NCBI GenBank assembly: GCA_964016885.1
Contig: OZ024745.1
Coordinates: 7,564,001 to 7,628,000 of the forward strand
DNA length: 64,000 bases
Direction: 5' to 3'
DNA from: Eledone cirrhosa
Lineage: Eukaryota
Shown here: positions 54,802 to 64,000 of the stretch, in pieces
Layout: every line of letters begins with the position of its first letter
How positions within the stretch are numbered: the stretch's first letter is position 1
Translations under genes and position numbers: made by a program
Notes under the pieces: model-generated
Told to the model about the DNA's origin: nothing
The model's input: only the letters and a program-made list of their open reading frames with translations
Databases searched by the model: none

Positions 54802-55176
54802 GAAGTAAAAGTCTCAGACCAGCGTCTAAATTTCCAATGAAGCCATGCTGACCGGAAATAGTATAGAGTTCTAACTTTAATATCAAAGAATTAAAATTAG
54901 GTGGGTAAAGAGTAGTCTCCCTTTAAGAGGGGTTTGTTTATGTTTTTGTTGTGTTTTTTAAATTTTATATGCGTGCCTGTATATGTGTGTGGGAGAAAGC
55001 ATGAAGGTGTAGGTATGTGTGTGTGTGAGTGTGGGAAGATAGGTCTAATCGTAAAAGTGGGGGGTAGGTGTTATCTGGTGTTAGAACTGGTTTTGTGTGT
55101 GTATGTGTGAGAGAGAATAAGTGGAGGTGTGTGCGTGCGTGTGTGTGGGGTGTGTAAAGTGGGGCTAGAGGCCCTA

Positions 55177-57072
55177 TCAGGTTATAAATTGGGTGTTGAG
55201 CTCTAGTCTATTATTGATTGGTGGATGTGTTCTATCTATAATGAGTGCTTCCTTGATTCTAAGATTACCGAGGTTTCTTTCTTTAGTTTCTATCCTAACT
55301 GTTATGTTTTTATCAGTGTTTTTGCATTTAACTAGGTGTTTCTTAAATGAGGAAGCGTTAGTATTGAGGTGTTCTTTTATTCTTATATGGAGTGGTCTGG
55401 TGGTGCTACCTACGTAGAAGTTGTTGCATTTGTCACACTCTAGTCTGTAAACTACGTAAGCCTGGTGGCATAGGTCTGTGTCGTTGATGGGGCAGTTGGC
55501 TAGTCTGCAGCAGTTGTCATGTCTGGTGGAGTGTCTCTTAGCTAGCCGTCCACGCAAAGAAGGACCCGAATGGGCCAGTTGAATATCCAGACCTTCTCGT
55601 CTGATGGCTCTGCGGATGGCTGTTGTTGTTTCTTCACTGAAGTGTGGGAGCTTCAGGAAGCAAGTGTTAGTGCCTCGGGTGTGGTGTCCTATGTTCTTTC
55701 TGGCACGGTTTTTGGTGGATGTCGTGTATCCGTTCAGTTTGAGTACTTCCAGGAAATGTGTGGTGTGTGTGTCTCGGTCTCTGGTGTCGGTGCATTTGTT
55801 CTTGATACGTGCCAGTTCGTTCTTTATGTATCCGAACTTGGCACCGAGTGGGAGGGCCGATCTGAAATGTACGAACAGGTCCCTGCTGGCGGATTTTTTA
55901 TAGAAGCAGGTGTGGATGTTGCCTTCCTCTGTTACCCTGAGTTGGAAGTCCAGCAGGGATAGGGATCCGCGGTCATCGGGGTGTTCTATGCTGAACTTTA
56001 TACTGGCGTCCATGCTGGAGAATGTTGTGTATATTTTCTCTGCCTCTTCACGGGATGATGTAAGGATGAGTATGTCATCTACATATCGGGTGAAGAAGGC
56101 ATGGGAATGGCAGGTGTTGAGGGCTCGGCATTCTAGCTGGTTCATGTAAGTGATGGCCAGCAGGCCAGAGAGGCTGGATCCCATGGGTAATCCTGTTGTC
56201 TGTCTGTATGTGTGGTGGTGGAAGGTGAAGTACGTGTTGTCTACTGTGAAGGACAAAAGTTGGTGTATGTCCGTCGGGTGGAGGCCGTAGCAGTGGATGT
56301 TCTCTGCGACCACGCAGTCCGTCAATAAATCGACAGCTGGGTGAGCGGGGACTGTAGTGTAGAGGGAGACAACGTCGAGGCTAAAAGCGTATTTATTAAG
56401 TTTAAGTTGTTCTGGCTGGAGTTGGTGTAATCTACGTATAACTTCGTCGGAGCTACTGACATGTCCGGGGAAGGTGGAGAGTAGAGGCTTGAGGACCTGG
56501 GAGAGAAGCCAGGAAATTTTGTATAGGGGTCCTTCTATGCTAGAGACGATGGGTCTTATATGCGTCTTAGTGCTATTCTTGTGGGTCTTGATGAGGTGGT
56601 AGAAAGTGGGCAGTCTGCTATTTCTAGTGGTGTAGTTGAGTTTAATTTTATTCGGGAGTTGTCTTCTCCTACAGATATCGAACCAAATGGAGTTGGTCTG
56701 TTTTTCGATTTGGGCTGCGGTCATGTCTGGGATCACTGTGTACAGTTCACTGTCGCTTAGGTGTTCGAAGGCTAGGTTATTGTATGTGGCTTGAGAGATG
56801 ACGCAGAACTCTTTACCTTTGTCGGATGGTAAGTAAATAAGTTCCTTATTCCGTAGGTTCTTCAGGGCGAGTTGTTGTGTCCTGGAGAGGTTAGGGGCCA
56901 TCTTCTTCTGTTTCCGTAAGATGTTAAATACGGAATGTTTTAGTCTCGAGAGTTTATCTTCCAGCTCGCGGTTGGCGGGCGGTGGATAGAGTGGGCGATC
57001 TAGTTGGTATATCGGGAATCTGGGTGTGGTGGATTCCGTGGTGTTGTTGTCGAGAGTCGATATCCATTTCAA
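55177..57072 (-). CDS. PLE RT + GIY-YIG, 5'-truncated, uninterrupted 631 codons
   Basis: SDKG; RPIVS; SLDVVSLYTTVP; QTTGLPMGSSLSGLLA; RYVDD; VVYRLECDKCNNFYVGSTTRPLHIRIKEH. Confidence 0.95.
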   Translation of the reverse strand: MKWISTLDNNTTESTTPRFPIYQLDRPLYPPPANRELEDKLSRLKHSVFNILRKQKKMAPNLSRTQQLALKNLRNKELIYLPSDKGKEFCVISQATYNNLAFEHLSDSELYTVIPDMTAAQIEKQTNSIWFDICRRRQLPNKIKLNYTTRNSRLPTFYHLIKTHKNSTKTHIRPIVSSIEGPLYKISWLLSQVLKPLLSTFPGHVSSSDEVIRRLHQLQPEQLKLNKYAFSLDVVSLYTTVPAHPAVDLLTDCVVAENIHCYGLHPTDIHQLLSFTVDNTYFTFHHHTYRQTTGLPMGSSLSGLLAITYMNQLECRALNTCHSHAFFTRYVDDILILTSSREEAEKIYTTFSSMDASIKFSIEHPDDRGSLSLLDFQLRVTEEGNIHTCFYKKSASRDLFVHFRSALPLGAKFGYIKNELARIKNKCTDTRDRDTHTTHFLEVLKLNGYTTSTKNRARKNIGHHTRGTNTCFLKLPHFSEETTTAIRRAIRREGLDIQLAHSGPSLRGRLAKRHSTRHDNCCRLANCPINDTDLCHQAYVVYRLECDKCNNFYVGSTTRPLHIRIKEHLNTNASSFKKHLVKCKNTDKNITVRIETKERNLGNLRIKEALIIDRTHPPINNRLELNTQFIT

Positions 57073-58037
57073 ACCAGCTAGAATGCCGAGCCCTCAACAC
57101 CTGCCATTCCCATGCCTTCTTCACCCGATATGTAGATGACATACTCATCCTTACATCATCCCGTGAAGAGGCAGAGAAAATATACACAACATTCTCCAGC
57201 ATGGACGCCAGTATAAAGTTCAGCATAGAACACCCCGATGACCGCGGATCCCTATCCCTGCTGGACTTCCAACTCAGGGTAACAGAGGAAGGCAACATCC
57301 ACACCTGCTTCTATAAAAAATCCGCCAGCAGGGACCTGTTCGTACATTTCAGATCGGCCCTCCCACTCGGTGCCAAGTTCGGATACATAAAGAACGAACT
57401 GGCACGTATCAAGAACAAATGCACCGACGCCAGAGACCGAGACACACACACCACACATTTCCTGGAAGTACTCAAACTGAACGGATACACGACATCCACC
57501 AAAAACCGTGCCAGAAAGAACAGAGGACACCACACCCGAGGCACTAACACTTGCTTCCTGAAGCTCCCACACTTCAGTGAAGAAACAACAACAGCCATCC
57601 GCAGAGCCATCAGACGAGAAGGTCTGGATATTCAACTGGCCCATTCGGGTCCTTCTTTGCGTGGACGGCTAGCTAAGAGACACTCCACCAGACATGACAA
57701 CTGCTGCAGACTAGCCAACTGCCCCATCAACGACACAGACCTATGCCACCAGGCTTACGTAGTTTACAGACTAGAGTGTGACAAATGCAACAACTTCTAC
57801 GTAGGTAGCACCACCAGACCACTCCACATAAGAATAAAAGAACACCTCAATACTAACGCTTCCTCATTTAAGAAACACCTAGTTAAATGCAAAAACACTG
57901 ATAAAAACATAACAGTTAGGATAGAAACTAAAGAAAGAAACCTCGGTAATCTTAGAATCAAGGAAGCACTCATTATAGATAGAACACATCCACCAATCAA
58001 TAATAGACTAGAGCTCAACACCCAATTTATAACCTGA
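57072..58037 (+). CDS. Inverted duplicate of the 3' half of the same PLE ORF
   Basis: NQLECRAL...RYVDD...LELNTQFIT, identical apart from 2 residues. Confidence 0.92.
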   Translation, partial: NQLECRALNTCHSHAFFTRYVDDILILTSSREEAEKIYTTFSSMDASIKFSIEHPDDRGSLSLLDFQLRVTEEGNIHTCFYKKSASRDLFVHFRSALPLGAKFGYIKNELARIKNKCTDARDRDTHTTHFLEVLKLNGYTTSTKNRARKNRGHHTRGTNTCFLKLPHFSEETTTAIRRAIRREGLDIQLAHSGPSLRGRLAKRHSTRHDNCCRLANCPINDTDLCHQAYVVYRLECDKCNNFYVGSTTRPLHIRIKEHLNTNASSFKKHLVKCKNTDKNITVRIETKERNLGNLRIKEALIIDRTHPPINNRLELNTQFIT

Positions 58038-58412
58038 TAGGGCCTCTAGCCCCACTTTACACACCCCACACACACGCACGCACACACCTCCACTTATTCT
58101 CTCTCACACATACACACACAAAACCAGTTCTAACACCAGATAACACCTACCCCCCACTTTTACGATTAGACCTATCTTCCCACACTCACACACACACATA
58201 CCTACACCTTCATGCTTTCTCCCACACACATATACAGGCACGCATATAAAATTTAAAAAACACAACAAAAACATAAACAAACCCCTCTTAAAGGGAGACT
58301 ACTCTTTACCCACCTAATTTTAATTCTTTGATATTAAAGTTAGAACTCTATACTATTTCCGGTCAGCATGGCTTCATTGGAAATTTAGACGCTGGTCTGA
58401 GACTTTTACTTC

Positions 58413-58447
58413 CCTCCGAAGAAGAGATATTATCTCGAAAATTAAGG
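58413..58447 (+). ncRNA. Minimal hammerhead-like motif with CCGAAGA core (family L)
   Basis: CCU-CCGAAGA-A-GAGAU-auu-AUCUC-GAAA-AU-UA-AGG. Confidence 0.65.
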
Positions 58448-58585
58448 ACATTTAAATAAATTCAAGGTGAAAGACGAATTCTCATCAATATCTCTCACTA
58501 TTGCATTCTTTTTCTATGTCCATATCTGCATTGTCTTGGCCTTATTACACATATTCTAACGTTTATATATATATATATATAAATA

Positions 58586-58774
58586 TAACGAAGGCAGTGT
58601 GGTAAGGAACCAGATGGACCATAACGCACCAAAGTACTCAATACTTAGGTTAGTAGAGTGTGTAATAGGAAAATGTATGACCCCGACGGCAGAGCTCAGC
58701 CGTTTCGACGGCTATTTCCAGAAATAGCCCTCGAAACGGCTTGAGCTCTGCCGTCGGTGTCATACATTTTCCTA
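58586..58774. mobile_element. Fold-back 'tail + hairpin' PLE end (family M)
   Basis: Palindrome 58666-58774 with HHR 3' half on both strands; tail homologous to 36548-36627. Confidence 0.8.
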
Positions 58775-58807
58775 TATATATATATACATACGTATATATA
58801 TATATAT

Positions 58808-59356
58808 TATTCTTCTCCCCTTGTTTTTCATATATATTTACCTAAACTGCGATTATCTGTTTCTCTCTTTCTCTCTTACTGCTCCCCCGTTCTCTCTGTT
58901 TCTCTTACCTTCTTTCGCCCCCTCTGTCAGTTACACTTTCTCTCGACTGACCTCTTCCTCGCACTTCCACTCACTCACTCTCTGTTTCTCTCCTTCTCAC
59001 TTCCTCCCGTACGCTAGTAGTGGGGTTCCTTCTTTCTCACACCGCATTCACGGCGTACGGTCTGCTTCTCTGACCGCTCATGAAATTCACCCAGCTTATG
59101 CTGATCGGATAACTATCATGTTGCTTGCTGTTTTTCCAACCTTCGGTTTGCTTTTCCTTCTGTTGTTTACTTGTCTCACTCGCTTTACGCGTTTCACTTG
59201 TCCCAATAGCTTATTTTAGTTATTGCTCGCACCAACCTGAGGTATCTGATTTTTAATGCGATGAAATACCAATGATGGTTGGCAAATCACTGATGAGGGA
59301 CTAATTTTATAATATGTAATCCATGTGCAACCATGCAGTATTCTTCTCCCCTTGTT

Positions 59357-59361
<5 letters not shown>
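58808..59361 (+). mobile_element. ORF-less terminally redundant element (531-nt period), possible decayed HHR at 59232-59282
   Basis: 23-bp direct repeat TATTCTTCTCCCCTTGTTTTTCA at 58808 and 59339; its 3' end recurs antisense at 34018-34073. Confidence 0.6.
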
Positions 59362-59409
<48 letters not shown>

Positions 59410-59545
59410 TTATTTTTTTTATTTATTTATATATATATATGATATGGAAATGTATGTATAAAGGGTGCCATATTTACCTTCAATAAAATACATATTCTAC
59501 CTGCGTATTGAGGTGTCTTTCTCAGAAAGGTAGCCATTCCCAGTA

Positions 59546-59653
<108 letters not shown>

Positions 59654-60405
59654 AGAGAGAGGGAGAGGGGGGGGGAGAAAGAAAGATACATACGTATATA
59701 CACACATGTGTATATACATAGCACACACCTACAGATATAAAAGAGAAAAAGAAAGAAAGAAAAAGAGCGTGAAAGAATGGAAGTTTTGTGTGTGCCAGCT
59801 AAAGTTTCTTCTGCTCAGACAAGCAGCATGAGAGAGATAATGCAATCACATTAAATCTAAGTCTCTTCTTAGTTTCCTTGTCTTTGTCGTCTTCATATGT
59901 AAACACTAATGTGGCTCTACTTTCGTCGCAGCGCTAACATTACTTCGCATTAATAATTGCAGACGACATCGAAAAACAAAAACAATATACTTGGCGGCCA
60001 TATTGCCTCAAGCTAGAATTCTTCCAATTGTTTGTTTAAATAACATTCTGACTATCTTATGGAAATATTTCTTTTGTTTTGTTTCGCTTGTTTTTTACTT
60101 TGATCAATCTTTTTTTTTTAAATTCTTACTTTCCATTACTTCTCGTCACTTCGATTATTCTAAAATGTATGTATGTATGTATGTATGTATGTATGTATGT
60201 ATGTATGTATGTATGTATGTATGTATGTATGTATGTATGCATGTATGCATGTATGCATGTATGTATGTATGTATGTATGTATGTATGTATGTATGTATGT
60301 GTGTATGTATGTGTGTATATATGTATGTATATATATGTGTGTATGTATATATTTGTGTAATATGTATGTATATGTACGTGTGTATCTATGTTTGTATAGA
60401 TTTAC

Positions 60406-60489
<84 letters not shown>

Positions 60490-60622
60490 TTAAGTTATAA
60501 AAAGTTCCATAAAAATTCTTCGCTTCAAAATGTTATGTCAGGTGATAGAATCACAGAATCACAGAATCACAGAATAGAAGTACTTTATGTCGAATGTGAC
60601 AACTATCTATTATCCTCCTCCC

Positions 60623-60721
<99 letters not shown>

Positions 60722-60832
60722 TTCATCCTATCTATTTCCCTCTCTTTCTCATATGAATATATATGTGTATGTATATGTGTGTGTGTGCGTATGTGTGTGC
60801 GCACAGATACACGTCCATATATATACATAGAA

Positions 60833-60957
<125 letters not shown>

Positions 60958-61130
60958 AATTAATGGGACAGATAGAGAGACATTCAGACAGACAGACAGG
61001 CAGACAGACATACAGACAGACAGACAGACAGACAGACAAACTATACATAGCAATATGCTGTAAAACTGTACAGCAATTAACACACACTCGCATATTGTTG
61101 ATTAGTTTTTAATCAGATATACTCTTTTTT

Positions 61131-61216
<86 letters not shown>

Positions 61217-61455
61217 TGTGTGTGTGACACCTATCATCCCTGCAGGTGTAAAGAAAAAGGCCTGCTTTAGATACCTCACTCAATATATTCCAGTAGATAA
61301 AACAAGGTGATATATAAAGAGGTTGACAAGGGCGGAAACACGTGATGTGGACTCAGCTGACGATAGGAAACATGGTTCCGTTTTACACTGAAACTGAAAC
61401 GTCATAGAATTAAGACCAAGTAAATAAATGCACACACACACACACATATATATAC

Positions 61456-61488
<33 letters not shown>

Positions 61489-61824
61489 TATATATATATT
61501 TATATATATTTATATATATGAATGTATGTATATGTATGTATATATGAGTGTATATATGTTTATATATGTATGTGTATTTTGTCTGTAGATTATAAACATA
61601 CAGAGACATTAGCCCTGAATTTTTGTATTTACATACATTTTTTCGACATGCGTATGCATGTGAACATATATTTTTATGCATATCTGTGAACGAAGTTACT
61701 TACATATATACACACACCTAACTGTATTTTCTTGATATATTTTTGTGTATTTCATTGGTCTATTTGAACTCTGTTCCCAAACAGACCTGTAATTTTGAAT
61801 TGTTGTTATTATCAATAAATATAT

Positions 61825-61977
61825 TTCATTATTTCTGAAGACGGCATATGTATGTGTTGGTATGTATATTCTATTTGATAGTTTGTATAATTTTGTATAA
61901 TTTTGTACATAGATCTGTTGAATATGCATGCCAATTCTAACACATATATGTCCTAGAAACGATCGTTAAATAATGAA
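61825..61977 (+). ncRNA. Long-stem-II hammerhead (family D) in relic about 61755-62040
   Basis: UUCAUUAUUU-CUGAAGA-cGGCAUAU...AUAUGUCcua-GAAA-CGAUCG-UU-AAAUAAUGAA; stem I is 10 bp. Confidence 0.72.
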
Positions 61978-62062
61978 CTTTTTTTGTTTAATATGAGGAA
62001 CTGTTTCTTTGTTTTATTCATTATTTTTTAAATATTTTATATTTATATATATATATTTATGC

Positions 62063-62138
<76 letters not shown>

Positions 62139-62141
<3 letters not shown>

Positions 62142-62258
62142 AGGCGCGTGGCTGAGTGGTAAGAGAATTGGATTCACAATCGTGAGGTTGTAAGTTCGAT
62201 TCCTGGACCGGGCGATGCGTTATGTCCTTGAGCAAGACACTTTATTTCACGTTGCTCC
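62139..62258 (+). mobile_element. SINE family 1, 3'-truncated
   Basis: GGCGCGTGGCTGAGTGGTAAG...AGTTCGATTCC...GTCCTTGAGCAAGACACTTTATTTCACGTTGCTCC. Confidence 0.85.
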
Positions 62259-62332
62259 TTCTACCTGGAGTTGCGACCGATAGATAGTATTAGCAATTGT
62301 ATTGACGAAAGTCGATCGACTATATGTATATA

Positions 62333-62377
<45 letters not shown>

Positions 62378-62379
<2 letters not shown>

Positions 62380-62901
62380 TAGCTAAAGTATCCGTCCTGT
62401 GGGCGGTTCAAGTAGCTTTCGATGTAGCTCATTAAATTAAACAAAGTAAATTTGAATGCATAGAAGAAAAACGTACTTTATGTAAACATGAAAACCTTAG
62501 GCACTATTCCAGCGAAATAATTAATATGTGAACTCGGTGTCACCGTTATCCCATGTAACAACAGATTTTAACAACAGTAAAACCTTTTGTTTCAAATACA
62601 AAGAGTAAAGTAAAATCCGAATGAGCCGAATTGTAATAATCAAAATCCCAAAACAAAATTTTTGACAACATCAAAAATGAGTTCCTACTGTACTTACTTA
62701 ATCACGAAAATTGACACAAATAACCGAAACTTTTTTAATGTCTCCAAAGGCTCCAATATCGATTTTTGAAAGCCTTTGTAGATCATGTACAGGTTTTGTG
62801 CAAGGAGAAGCTCTGTAAAAATTTTCAAAGAAATCGCATGAATGGTTTAGAATATATAAGCCCTCATTAAAAATTGTCCACACACATACAGAAAACTTCA
62901 G

Positions 62902-62912
<11 letters not shown>
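62378..62912 (-). mobile_element. Non-autonomous Helitron-like element
   Basis: Minus strand starts TATATAAAGCTGAAG and ends with hairpin CCGCCC-ACA-GGACGG then CTAG|T. Confidence 0.65.
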
Positions 62913-62965
<53 letters not shown>

Positions 62966-62967
<2 letters not shown>

Positions 62968-63190
62968 AGGGTGGTGGAACTGGAGGAAGCAAGGCAAAGG
63001 GCTATGGGCCGACCAATAATTATATTTTTCTCTCAAAACTACCAAAACGCATCTATTTAGGTATCACTACAATTTATGTACAGTACATGTTATGTTTATC
63101 TCATAACGAAGTTTTCTGACCATTTTACAGTGCAAAGAGTTTAACTAATCACAACGAAATTGACCCCCCCCCCCCAATTCTCAGAAAGGA
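62966..63190. mobile_element. Second, diverged copy of the 19205-19416 MITE-like family
   Basis: Shared AAACTACCAAAAC.CATCTATTT.G.TATC.CTACAATTTATGTA and AAGTTTTCTGACCATTTT. Confidence 0.65.
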
Positions 63191-63857
63191 GAAGGAGGGG
63201 GAGAAAGAATAAATGTGTGTGTTTACATTTAACTGTAATTGTGTGTGACTTACAGTATGTATAACGAGAGGTGGCGGCGAGGGTAATATAAAGGGGGAGG
63301 GGGGAGTACACACACACACATATATATATATATATACATACATATACATATATATATGTAAACATACACATTCATGCACATATATATGCACTCATATACA
63401 CACACACACACATACATACATATACATATGGCTGTGTGTGTATGTGTATGTCTACGTGTGTGTATGTGTGTATGTCAGCGGGTATGTGTATGTCAGCGTG
63501 TGTGTGTATGTCTCTGTGTGTATGTGTGTATATCTGCGCATGTGCGTGTGTGTGTATGTGTATGGGTATATATGTGTGTGTGTGTATATGCGGTATGTCT
63601 GCATGTGTGTCTATGTCTGTGTCTGTATGTGCGTATGTCTGCATGTGTATGTATGTCTGTGTGTATGCCTGCATGTGTATGTGTGTGTATGTCTGTGTGT
63701 GTATGTCTGCATGTGTGTGTATGTCTGTGTGTGTATCTCTGTGTGTGTATGTATATCTGTGCGTGTGTATGTCTGTGTGTGTATGTCTGTGTGTAGTGCT
63801 AGTGATGGTGGTAAAGGCCATTTGAAAGGTAATGCCTGTGTTGTCAGCAGAAATAAT

Positions 63858-64000
63858 TGTTTCTACTTTTGGCACAAGGCCAGCAATTATCCCAGTACAT
63901 TACTGGTACTTTATTTTATCGACCCCGTAAGGATGAAAGGCAAAGTAAACCTCGGCGGGATTTGAACTCAGATCGTAAAGGGACGTAACTATGCTGGAAA
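63858..64000 (-). mobile_element. Young SINE family 2 copy, runs off the window end
   Basis: Near-identical to the 37163 copy. Confidence 0.9.

Larger units (their letters stand above)
54605..58567. mobile_element. Young PLE insertion as an inverted pair (arms 54647-56142 and 57072-58567)
   Basis: Arms of about 1.5 kb with only about 3 differences noticed; the left copy has a 42-bp extra tail; (TA)n flanks. Confidence 0.93.

Noticed and set aside
55193-58021. Short antisense ORFs overlapping the PLE coding regions
   Set aside because: Shadow frames of the RT/EN ORFs with no recognisable motifs.

Overview
Repeat-dense eukaryotic (animal) DNA, most likely an octopus or other cephalopod judging from the SINE families (recalled, not searched). 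There is no intact host gene, and almost all ORF-track entries are microsatellite translations. The window is dominated by Penelope-like retroelements (PLEs; RT + GIY-YIG) inserted into (TA)n. These include a near-intact Naiad-like element (50841-53063, one in-frame TAA) and a young inverted element (54605-58567). By eye I count about 26 complete or near-complete type I hammerhead ribozyme (HHR) motifs in about 12 families, plus a thirteenth family present only as half-motifs. Several families show compensatory base changes. The main candidate for a new system is a set of ORF-less, HHR-bearing, tandem or terminally redundant units with periods of 310, 538, 696 and 531 nt. They resemble retrozyme/circular-RNA-derived elements mobilised by PLEs. 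Short fold-back 'hairpin + tail' inserts whose turn-around lies inside the ribozyme accompany them. Also present: a shattered GTF3C4-like pseudogene (7958-9916), a Tx1/L1-type LINE end embedded in (TATC)n, RTE, Gypsy and Helitron relics, two tRNA-derived SINE families, minisatellites and a 200-N gap. All structures were derived by hand; no folding or database search was run.
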